In this document: in pieces, positions 23,648-31,418 of the stretch
How the letters are laid out: every line of letters begins with the position of its first letter
Position numbering within the stretch: position 1 is the first letter of the stretch
Assembly: GCF_900187275.1 (NCBI RefSeq)
Contig: NZ_LT906458.1
Span: 1,740,001 to 1,772,000 of the forward strand
DNA length: 32,000 nucleotides
Direction of reading: 5' to 3'
Source: Pasteurella multocida
Lineage (GTDB): Bacteria > Pseudomonadota > Gammaproteobacteria > Enterobacterales > Pasteurellaceae
Notes under the pieces: generated by a model
Told to the model about the DNA's origin: nothing
Database searches by the model: none
Seen by the model: the letters and a program-made list of their open reading frames with translations, nothing else
Translations under genes and position numbers: made by a program

Positions 23648-25626
23648 AAAAATGGTTGAAACATTTAGATTTGAGCACTGGCTTACAACTGTCTTTTCTG
23701 ATCAGTGGGCTACTTTGTCTGTTTGTCGGTGGCGTGGGGCTTTATACTTGGCAGCAACAACGCACGGAAATCAATTTCGCACTCGATAAAGATTTTCCTA
23801 AAGTGCAAGCCGCGTTTCAAACAGAAGAACAAATTAATATCCTCCATCATGCCTTTATCCATTTGGTCAATGTCAAAAACACCAATGAGAAAGTCGAACG
23901 CTACAACCATGCAAAGCAACAGCTTTCGACGTTAAAGGAACTGATCATTGAATTAGATGAAAATTTAGATGAGGATTTGATGGCATTATTACAGCAACAA
24001 GCCTCACTTTTAGAACAAATATCACAAAATATCACAGGTACGCTCACGTTAAACGATGAACTGAATAAAACCATTTCTCAAATCAACTGGTTACATAATG
24101 ATTTTCACAATGAATTCACCGCACTTTTGCAAGAAATGAGCTGGCAACAATCTACTCTGGCTAACAATATTGTTCAACAGCCACACAACAAACAAAAAAT
24201 CGAACAATTAAAAAAACTGCAACAAGAATTATTGTTAGTTTACGATTTCACTACTTATGAAGAGCAAATTATCACAGAATTACGCACTCAGATAACAGAG
24301 CCAACTGAAAGCAATGTCATTCGACTACACAATTATTTGAGCTATTTATCGTTATTAATTACTAACCGAATTCAGTTGCTTGGTCTTCATTCCTCCACGT
24401 CAACCATTAAACAAATTTTAGATGAACTGATTAACTTTGGCTTAAACCCACAAGCACTCCCCGCCCTGTTTGCAATCCGTACCGAACTGAACCAACAACG
24501 AGAACAGCTGATTCAACAAAGTGATAAGATATTCGAGGCATTTCGCGAGCAAATCAGTACTCAAATTGGTAACAGTAAACAACAATTACATTTACTGCAT
24601 AATATTGTCGAAAAAAGTACTACATTCAACGGCGCATTAATTTTATTGGTGATGCTATTTGCGGGAATTTTTGTCATCGGTATTAACTTCTTTTATATTC
24701 GTTTACGTCTCTTAAAACGTTTTCAACAACTTAACCACGCCGTAGTTCAATTAACCAATGGCGAGCCCAACGTCAAAATCGCCATTTATGGCAATGATGA
24801 ATTAGGGCGGATTGCTAAATTATTGCGCTTATTTCTGTTCGAAATGAATCACAAAACAGAAGAGTTAAAATCGCGTAATCAAGTTCTCTTAGAGGAAATC
24901 GAACACCGTATTGAAGTACAAACCGCATTAGAAAATGCCCAAAATGAACTAACCCAAGCCGCAAAACTGGCTGCTGTCGGTAAAACCTTGACTTCGATTA
25001 GCCATGAAATTACACAACCACTTAATGCCATGAACGCTTATTTGTTTAGTGCGAAAAAAGCCGTGAGTAAACAAAACAGTGAGGCAGCACTTGAATACTT
25101 AAATAAAATCAATCATTTAGTTGAACGCACGGCGCTGATTGTCAAACGCTTACGGCAATTCTCACGCCAAGGGAGCGGCAAAATACAAGCTGTCAATTTA
25201 ATGGATTGTATTCAAAGCGCGTGGGAATTATTGGAATCACAACATAAACCGCGTCAAAGTCAGCTCATCACGCCCACAGATTTACCACTCGTATTAGGTG
25301 AAGATGTCCTTATCGAACAAGTGTTTGTCAATCTCTTCCTCAATGCTTTAGAAGCCATTGAACACACACCGCCCCAAATTCATATTGACGTTGACAGCGA
25401 TAATGCGGAAGACCTCTGTTTATGGATCACCGACAATGGTCAAGGTTGGCCCTTAACTGACAAGTTATTGCAACCTTTTTCGAGCAGTAAATCGATCAAT
25501 TTAGGTTTAGGACTATCCATTAGTCAATCCATCATGGAGCAATGTCAAGGATCATTGACCATTGCCTCTACTCTCACCCATAATGCATTAGTGATATTAA
25601 AATTTAAGGTGGCTCAACATGTTTAA
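23644..25626 (+). CDS. Sensor histidine kinase with a large periplasmic domain (PgtB/DctB-type, partner of an NtrC-family regulator)
   Basis: 660 aa. TM1 is at about aa 14-36 and TM2 at about aa 329-352, bracketing a ~290-aa helical periplasmic region. A HAMP-like linker follows. The H-box is SISHEITQPLNAMNAYL (His454), and the N/G boxes are NLFLNALEA, DNGQGW and GLGLGLSISQSIM. Confidence 0.88.
   Translation: MKKWLKHLDLSTGLQLSFLISGLLCLFVGGVGLYTWQQQRTEINFALDKDFPKVQAAFQTEEQINILHHAFIHLVNVKNTNEKVERYNHAKQQLSTLKELIIELDENLDEDLMALLQQQASLLEQISQNITGTLTLNDELNKTISQINWLHNDFHNEFTALLQEMSWQQSTLANNIVQQPHNKQKIEQLKKLQQELLLVYDFTTYEEQIITELRTQITEPTESNVIRLHNYLSYLSLLITNRIQLLGLHSSTSTIKQILDELINFGLNPQALPALFAIRTELNQQREQLIQQSDKIFEAFREQISTQIGNSKQQLHLLHNIVEKSTTFNGALILLVMLFAGIFVIGINFFYIRLRLLKRFQQLNHAVVQLTNGEPNVKIAIYGNDELGRIAKLLRLFLFEMNHKTEELKSRNQVLLEEIEHRIEVQTALENAQNELTQAAKLAAVGKTLTSISHEITQPLNAMNAYLFSAKKAVSKQNSEAALEYLNKINHLVERTALIVKRLRQFSRQGSGKIQAVNLMDCIQSAWELLESQHKPRQSQLITPTDLPLVLGEDVLIEQVFVNLFLNALEAIEHTPPQIHIDVDSDNAEDLCLWITDNGQGWPLTDKLLQPFSSSKSINLGLGLSISQSIMEQCQGSLTIASTLTHNALVILKFKVAQHV
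24118..24126 (-). repeat. Uptake signal sequence core (Hin-type USS)
   Basis: Perfect ACCGCACTT inside the histidine kinase gene. It is the only perfect USS between 16360 and 28068. Confidence 0.9.
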
Positions 25627-26872
25627 TCCTGCCTATAACGTACTCTTAATTGATGACGACATGGATATTCTCGATTCTTATCAGGATTTATTACGACAAG
25701 AAGGCTATCAAGTGATCACCTGTGCAGACCCGATAGATATTGTGGCGCAAATTCCAGAAAACTGGATTGGGATCATCCTTTGTGATGTCTTGTTGCCCAA
25801 TATTTCAGGTTTAAAAATCTTAGAAGATATCATTCAACGCGATGCACAGATTCCTGTGATTATGATCACGGGTCACGGTGATGTTCCCATGGCAGTGGAG
25901 GCTGTCAAAAAAGGCGCCACAAATTTTCTTGAAAAACCCATCTCAGCAGAAAATTTACTGATTCAAGTCGCACAAGCATTAGAAAAACGCGCTGCCTTAA
26001 TGGAAAATCGCCAATGGCAATTAGAAAAGCTGAGCGAAAGCTTTATTGGTCAAAGTGAATGGATTATCGCTATGCGCCACCAGCTACAAAAACTCGCCGA
26101 CATTGATGTCCCCCTCTTTTTATGGGGAGAAACGGGCACTGGACGTTATCTTTCTGCCACTTACTTACATAAACTCAGTGCCCGTCAGAACGCTCCGTTT
26201 ATTTATCATGAATGTTTACCGCAAGCACAATGCAACCTAGACAAATGCCTAGACGATGTACAGCAGGGCACACTGGTGTTAAAAAATATCCACCATTTAG
26301 CACAAACGGAACAGCAACATTTAGCCAAAGCCTTAAATATGGAAGGATGCGCCTTTAGGCTGATCTTAATCAGTGATTTTGCACTGCTCACGCTCATTCA
26401 AGAACAACGGATTTGCTCAGAACTGTATTATTTATTTTTACATACGCAATTTGAATTATTGCCACTCAAAAAACGCCCCAGCGATATTCTGCCTATCTTC
26501 TGCCATTATGTGCATAAAAGTTGCGCCAGATTAAATAAAGAGTACGTCGAACCTAATAAAAAATTAATACAACATTTACTCACACAAACTTGGCAAGGCA
26601 ATGTCAAAGAGCTTATCCATGTGGCAGAATTATATGCGATTGGCTTATTGGCAGAACAAACGCCAATGAGCAATCCCCTTGCCCTTAAAACAGAGCATAT
26701 CAAACCGCTTGATGAACAGATCAATGAATATGAAAAACAAATCATTGAAGATGCGTTAATTTTTTATCAAGGGCGAATTAATGATGTGGCGACTTATCTG
26801 AATATTCCACGTAAAAAACTCTATTTGCGTATGAAAAAACACCATATCGATAAAAAGCACTATAAATGTTAG
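25619..26872 (+). CDS. NtrC/PgtA-family response regulator with a degenerate (apparently ATPase-dead, GAFTGA-less) AAA+ central domain
   Basis: 417 aa. The receiver is intact (DD12-13, D56, K105). The central domain has GETGTGR in place of GxxGxGK and TLVLKN in place of hhhhDE, and there is no GAFTGA. A C-terminal Fis-type HTH is present (INDVATYLNIPRKKLYLRMKKH). It overlaps the kinase stop codon by 8 nt. Confidence 0.85.
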   Translation: MFNPAYNVLLIDDDMDILDSYQDLLRQEGYQVITCADPIDIVAQIPENWIGIILCDVLLPNISGLKILEDIIQRDAQIPVIMITGHGDVPMAVEAVKKGATNFLEKPISAENLLIQVAQALEKRAALMENRQWQLEKLSESFIGQSEWIIAMRHQLQKLADIDVPLFLWGETGTGRYLSATYLHKLSARQNAPFIYHECLPQAQCNLDKCLDDVQQGTLVLKNIHHLAQTEQQHLAKALNMEGCAFRLILISDFALLTLIQEQRICSELYYLFLHTQFELLPLKKRPSDILPIFCHYVHKSCARLNKEYVEPNKKLIQHLLTQTWQGNVKELIHVAELYAIGLLAEQTPMSNPLALKTEHIKPLDEQINEYEKQIIEDALIFYQGRINDVATYLNIPRKKLYLRMKKHHIDKKHYKC

Positions 26873-27036
26873 GCAAAAAACTAAGAAAATAGGATGTGAT
26901 GCCTGCGCTCAATGTGGGCTATTCTTTGTTCGCGTCCTGCATAAATATAAATCCTGCTTCTTATCACAATCTATTTTACATCTCGCCAAAATCACTTTAT
27001 CCTTTTTAGCTCCCATAGCTTGTATCAAAAATAACG

Positions 27037-28050
27037 ATGATGAAAAAAAATACACTCTTTCTTGGCTTAGTTTTTATTGGCATCTTAACTTTTCTAGTGA
27101 ATCTTTTGGCGAAAACGCCTTTCGCTCTCAATGCCAACCTCAGTGCACTGACGATTGCGATTCTGTTAGGTATTTTATTCGGCAACACTTTTTACCCCAA
27201 AATTTCTCAATACACCGCGCAAGGCGTGATTTTTGCCAAAGGCACCTTATTACGCTTAGGTATTATTTTGTATGGCTTTCGCCTCACGCTACAAGACATT
27301 AGTAACGTTGGCATAAATGCTATTGCGACGGATACCATTATGCTGATTAGCACTTTCTTGCTCACCTTGTGGCTAGGGATTCGTTATTTAAAAATGGATA
27401 AACAAATTGTGTATTTAACTGCCGGTGGTTGTAGCATTTGCGGTGCTGCCGCGATTATGTCCATGCAACCGGTCACCAAAGCGGAATCCCATCAGGTGTC
27501 GATTGCGGTAGCCGTCATTGTGATTTTTGGCACCCTTTCCATGTTCTTGTACCCGTTAATGTACCCTTATCTCACTACTTGGCTAAGTGAACATCAATTT
27601 GGCATTTATATTGGTTCAAGTGTGCATGAAGTGGCGCAAGTGTACGCGGCGGGTGGCAATATTAGTCCTGCGGTGGCAGATACCGCCGTGATTTCCAAAA
27701 TGATCCGGGTGATGATGCTCGCCCCATTCTTACTATTGGTGTCTTGGTTACTGGCGAAGCAAAGTGACAATCCACAAAATAGCAAAATCACCATTCCCTG
27801 GTTTGCCTTTTTATTTATTTTCATGGCGGTGATCAATTCCTTTTCTCTCATCCCCGCCCATATCGTCGCTTGGATTGTGGAAATTGACGGCTTATTACTG
27901 ATCGCCGCGATGACCGCTCTAGGCTTAACCACACATATCAGCGCCATTAAACAGGCTGGCATCAAACCACTGATTTTGGGCGCACTCGTACTATGCTGGT
28001 TGGTCATCGGTGGATTTTTCGTGAATGTGGGCATTAGCCAACTACTCTAG
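27037..28050 (+). CDS. yeiH: YeiH/UPF0324-family integral membrane protein (putative sulfate-exporter-family transporter)
   Basis: 337-aa polytopic protein. Family-typical blocks are present: [38 protein letters not shown] and [13 protein letters not shown]. Confidence 0.8.
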   Translation: MMKKNTLFLGLVFIGILTFLVNLLAKTPFALNANLSALTIAILLGILFGNTFYPKISQYTAQGVIFAKGTLLRLGIILYGFRLTLQDISNVGINAIATDTIMLISTFLLTLWLGIRYLKMDKQIVYLTAGGCSICGAAAIMSMQPVTKAESHQVSIAVAVIVIFGTLSMFLYPLMYPYLTTWLSEHQFGIYIGSSVHEVAQVYAAGGNISPAVADTAVISKMIRVMMLAPFLLLVSWLLAKQSDNPQNSKITIPWFAFLFIFMAVINSFSLIPAHIVAWIVEIDGLLLIAAMTALGLTTHISAIKQAGIKPLILGALVLCWLVIGGFFVNVGISQLL

Positions 28051-28068
28051 CCAGCCGAAAAATCAGAA

Positions 28069-28077
28069 AAGTGCGGT
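28069..28077 (+). repeat. Uptake signal sequence core (Hin-type USS)
   Basis: Perfect AAGTGCGGT. Confidence 0.9.
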
Positions 28078-28194
28078 CGATTTCAAAAACGTTTTCGCTT
28101 TGAGAGATTGACCGCTTTTGTATTAGATAAGGTGATATCATCAACTCGGATCACGCTCGAGCCCACACGAGTGCGGTTTGTTTTTCTCAAGAAG

Positions 28195-28761
28195 TTAATT
28201 TTCCAGCCAATTGCGTAATAGCTGTTCGCCATGTTCCGTCATAAAGGATTCTGGGTGAAATTGCACCCCGTAAATGGGTAGGTGGTTATGCTGAAATGCC
28301 ATCACTACTTCTTCGGCACAATGCGCGGTAATAGTGAGCGCTGCGGGGAAATTGTGCTCACGAATTGCCCAAGAATGGTATAGCCCAATTTGAAACTCGG
28401 TGGGTAGTCCTCGAAATAGGACAGAAGGTGAGCGCACTTGTAGGCGTTGACTACGCCCATGACGTACCTTGTCTAAATTGTATAATTCGCCGCCAAAAAA
28501 TTCACACAGCGTTTGGTGACCCAAACATACCCCTAAAATGGATTTTGATTGGTGGTAGCGTTCCAACAGCGCAAACAATTGCGGATAGGCGCGTGGCACA
28601 TCAGGACCAGGGGAAATCAGAATATGACTGTAATTAGCGACCTCGTCCACATCCAATTCTTGCACGTTGACCACGTCAAAAGGCACCGCTAATCGGCGGA
28701 TCATATCCACTAAATTGTAGGTAAAAGAATCTTGATTATTGATGATAAGAAGTCGTTTCAT
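28195..28761 (-). CDS. pabA: Aminodeoxychorismate/anthranilate synthase glutamine amidotransferase subunit (PabA/TrpG type)
   Basis: 188 aa with the class I GATase triad blocks: IINNQDSFTYNL, GVCLGHQ (Cys) and GVQFHPES (His/Glu). It is divergent from pabB. Confidence 0.88.
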   Translation of the reverse strand: MKRLLIINNQDSFTYNLVDMIRRLAVPFDVVNVQELDVDEVANYSHILISPGPDVPRAYPQLFALLERYHQSKSILGVCLGHQTLCEFFGGELYNLDKVRHGRSQRLQVRSPSVLFRGLPTEFQIGLYHSWAIREHNFPAALTITAHCAEEVVMAFQHNHLPIYGVQFHPESFMTEHGEQLLRNWLEN

Positions 28762-28870
28762 ATCTGCGCCATATTCTGTGGAGAAAGAGGCAAAGTATAA
28801 AGGAAAATGCGGATTTTTGTTTCATTTTCCGTTAAACTTTCCCTAATTTTTTTTCAAATGTAGATAACTT

Positions 28871-29845
28871 ATGTCCTTCCATGCTTTTATTCAACAGGCG
28901 AATCAGTTTGGTGAACAACGTCAGCCGTTTTTCTTTCTGATTGATTTTGAACAGCAACAGCCGATTATTTGTCCGTTAGCTCAGGCGGCAGAATTAGGGT
29001 TATTTTTTGCGATACGAGGGCAGCAGAATGTCAATTGGCAGACTGAAATGCCTCACAAGCCTTTTGAACTGCACAAATTTCCTATCTCAAAAGCAGCTTA
29101 TCAGCGTGGCTTTGACTTAGTGCAAAAAGAGCTACAAAAAGGCAATTCTTATTTGTTGAATCTCACCTATCCGACCGAAATTAACATGAATTGGCGTCTG
29201 GAACAGGTTTTTCAACAAACGACAGCTCCCTATAAATTGTACTATCGGGATCGCTTTGTGTGCTTTTCGCCTGAATGCTTTGTCAATATTCATCACAATC
29301 AAATTTATACTTACCCGATGAAAGGCACCATTGATGCTACGTTGCCTGAGGCGGAAAAACGCTTGTTAGATTCTGACAAAGAGCGACAAGAACATTACAC
29401 CATTGTGGATTTAATGCGCAACGATTTGGCAACGGTCGCCGAGAAGGTGGAAGTGACGCGCTTTCGTTACGTGGAAAAGATTCAGACACAAAAAGGGGCG
29501 ATCTTGCAGACAAGTTCTGAAATTCGCGGCGATCTTGCAGACAATTGGCAAGCACGCATTGGTACGATGTTAGCCACCTTGTTGCCTGCAGGCTCGATTA
29601 GTGGGGCACCGAAAGAAAAAACCGTGCAAATTATTCACGCCGCAGAACAGCAGCCACGCGGTTATTACACGGGGATTTTTGGTCTGTTCGATGGTGAGTC
29701 GTTACAAAGTGCGGTGGCAATTCGTTTTATTGAGCAAGTGGACGAGAAATTGATTTTCCGCAGCGGTGGCGGGATTACGATCTTAAGCGAGCTAGAAGAC
29801 GAGTACCAAGAATTGATCCAAAAAGTGTATGTACCAGTAGGATAA
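28871..29845 (+). CDS. pabB: Aminodeoxychorismate synthase component I, short form (PabB-like chorismate-binding enzyme)
   Basis: 324 aa. It contains the chorismate-binding core: SPECFV, YPMKGT (the Lys-containing PIKGT-type motif of PabB), EHYTIVDLMRNDL, PAGSISGAPK, RGYYTGIFG and IRSGGGI. It has no long N-terminal domain. Confidence 0.82.
   Translation: MSFHAFIQQANQFGEQRQPFFFLIDFEQQQPIICPLAQAAELGLFFAIRGQQNVNWQTEMPHKPFELHKFPISKAAYQRGFDLVQKELQKGNSYLLNLTYPTEINMNWRLEQVFQQTTAPYKLYYRDRFVCFSPECFVNIHHNQIYTYPMKGTIDATLPEAEKRLLDSDKERQEHYTIVDLMRNDLATVAEKVEVTRFRYVEKIQTQKGAILQTSSEIRGDLADNWQARIGTMLATLLPAGSISGAPKEKTVQIIHAAEQQPRGYYTGIFGLFDGESLQSAVAIRFIEQVDEKLIFRSGGGITILSELEDEYQELIQKVYVPVG
29707..29715 (+). 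repeat. Uptake signal sequence core (Hin-type USS)
   Basis: Perfect AAGTGCGGT inside pabB. Confidence 0.9.
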
Positions 29846-29848
29846 GCG

Positions 29849-30430
29849 ATGACATTTCCTTTATTTGAGACGATCGCTATTGTGAACGGTGAAATTCAGC
29901 ACCTTGCCCTGCATCAACAACGTTATGCGGCAAGTTTGGCGACCTTTTACGGCGAGAAAGGAGCGAAAGTACAGGATCTTGCGAAAATTATTCAGATTCC
30001 GACCGCACTTGAACACACTCAACATGCGCCGATAATCCGTTGTCGGATTGATTACAATCAGCAAGACTGTGACGTGCATTATTTTCCCTATCAACGCAAA
30101 ATTTACCGCACTTTTCAGCCTGTCATTTGCGATGAAATTAACTATGATCTGAAATATGCTGATCGGGCATTATTAAATCAGTTATTTGCTCAGCGTAGGG
30201 ATTGTGATGAGATTATGATTATCAAACACGGCAAGGTGACGGATTGCAGTATTGGTAATCTGGTGTTTCGCCAAGGTGAGCAATGGTTCACGCCAGATAG
30301 CCCGTTATTTTACGGCACACAACGAGCCTGGTTATTACAACAAGGCAAAATTCAAGCCCGTTCCATCTTATTGCAAGAGATCGCACAATTTGAAGAAATT
30401 CGGTTAATTAATGCACTAAATCCGCTGTAA
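29849..30430 (+). CDS. Aminodeoxychorismate lyase-like protein (short class IV aminotransferase-fold protein, PabC-like)
   Basis: 193 aa starting 4 nt after pabB. The beginning LFETIAIVNGEIQHLALHQQR is typical of fold-type IV PLP enzymes. The later blocks KYADR, DEIMII..GKVTDCSIGNL and TPDSPLFYGTQR also fit. Confidence 0.6.
   Translation: MTFPLFETIAIVNGEIQHLALHQQRYAASLATFYGEKGAKVQDLAKIIQIPTALEHTQHAPIIRCRIDYNQQDCDVHYFPYQRKIYRTFQPVICDEINYDLKYADRALLNQLFAQRRDCDEIMIIKHGKVTDCSIGNLVFRQGEQWFTPDSPLFYGTQRAWLLQQGKIQARSILLQEIAQFEEIRLINALNPL
30002..30010 (-). repeat. Uptake signal sequence core (Hin-type USS)
   Basis: Perfect ACCGCACTT. Confidence 0.9.
30105..30113 (-). repeat. Uptake signal sequence core (Hin-type USS)
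   Basis: Perfect ACCGCACTT. Confidence 0.9.
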
Positions 30431-30492
30431 ATTTTCCTTGAACAGCGTAAAATAAAACAACTTTTTCAGTCAGATAAAAGGAGATAAACGAC

Positions 30493-30882
30493 ATGACGAA
30501 AGTAATTCATACTGACAATGCACCAGCCGCCATTGGTCCTTATGTACAAGCGGTAGATTTAGGTAATATGCTGTTAACCTCTGGGCAAATTCCAGTGAAT
30601 CCAAAAACCGGTGAAGTGCCAGCGGATATCGTAGCACAAGCACGTCAATCGTTAGAAAACGTGAAAGCGATTGTGGAACAAGCGGGATTACAAGTCGCAA
30701 ATATCGTGAAAACCACGGTGTTTGTGAAAGATTTAAATGACTTTGCAGCGGTCAATGCGGAGTATGAACGTTTCTTTAAAGAGAACAATCACCCTAGCTT
30801 CCCTGCTCGTTCATGTGTGGAAGTGGCACGTTTGCCGAAAGATGTGGGGATTGAAATCGAGGCAATCGCTGTAAAAGCCTAA
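30493..30882 (+). CDS. ridA: RidA (YjgF/TdcF family) reactive enamine/imine deaminase
   Basis: 129 aa. The sequence reads APAAIGPYVQAVDLGNMLLTSGQIPVNPKTGEV...TTVFVKDLNDFAAVNAEY...PARSCVEVARLPKDVGIEIEAIA. Confidence 0.93.
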   Translation: MTKVIHTDNAPAAIGPYVQAVDLGNMLLTSGQIPVNPKTGEVPADIVAQARQSLENVKAIVEQAGLQVANIVKTTVFVKDLNDFAAVNAEYERFFKENNHPSFPARSCVEVARLPKDVGIEIEAIAVKA

Positions 30883-30968
30883 TGAATAGCTTGCATTTAT
30901 CTTAGTCGTAGCAAAACAATCTCTTTTCACTTGCTCTCTTCAAAGCAAGTTGATAAGTGATTTTTATT

Positions 30969-31003
30969 GGGCGTTTTTCTATTGATAGCCAAAAACGCCC
31001 TTT
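30969..31003. terminator. Hairpin terminator downstream of ridA
   Basis: GGGCGTTTTT (30969-30978) pairs with AAAAACGCCC (30991-31000) across a 12-nt loop, followed by TTT. Confidence 0.6.
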
Positions 31004-31021
31004 ACTGATAGAGAATAAACT

Positions 31022-31366
31022 ATGCAAAATCAAGTCATCGAGATTCTACAATACCGTTTAAAACCACAATCAGGACAAACGTTTCACCAAATTATGCGTG
31101 AGATCAGTGTTCCACTCCATAAACAACATGGGATTGATGTCATTGCGTATGGAAATTCATTACATGATATTGACAGCTATTATTTAATCCGTGCATTTGA
31201 GACAGAAACCAAATTGCAACAGCAGCTCGATGCTTTTTATGCCAGTGATGATTGGCGTGATGGACCAAGAGAAAGTATCATTCGCCTGATTGAAAGCAGT
31301 TTAAAATCGGTGATCATGCTCCCGACACAGGCAATCCATGCACTACGCAACCATTATCCTCAATAA
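31022..31366 (+). CDS. Small cytoplasmic protein, possibly NIPSNAP/dimeric alpha-beta-barrel-like; function unknown
   Basis: This 114-aa ORF has its own terminator. The beta-alpha-beta-style pattern (VIEILQYRLKPQSG..FHQIMREISVPLHKQHGIDVIAYGNS...YYLIRAF) suggests the fold. The family assignment is by eye only. Confidence 0.6.
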   Translation: MQNQVIEILQYRLKPQSGQTFHQIMREISVPLHKQHGIDVIAYGNSLHDIDSYYLIRAFETETKLQQQLDAFYASDDWRDGPRESIIRLIESSLKSVIMLPTQAIHALRNHYPQ

Positions 31367-31374
31367 AATCAACA

Positions 31375-31404
31375 ACCGCACCCAATCAGTGCGGTCATTT
31401 TTTC
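31375..31404 (+). terminator. Rho-independent terminator built on a USS-like hairpin
   Basis: ACCGCAC-ccaatca-GTGCGGT is followed by CATTTTTTC. Confidence 0.7.
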
Positions 31405-31418
31405 TTACTTTTTCAGTG

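Noticed and set aside
26899-27009. 36-codon ORF (MPALNVGYSLFASCININPASYHNLFYISPKSLYPF) between the response regulator gene and yeiH
   Set aside because: It has no convincing ribosome-binding site, no signal peptide or TM segment, and nothing to test conservation against. It was probably generated by chance in an AT-rich spacer.
27606-28034. 142-aa minus-strand ORF inside yeiH
   Set aside because: This is a shadow ORF antisense to a polytopic membrane-protein gene.
28069-28120. Possible yeiH terminator from AAAAGTGCGGTC ... GACCGCTTTT
   Set aside because: The stem is imperfect (a 2-nt bulge) and the loop is about 30 nt. That is too weak to annotate as a terminator.
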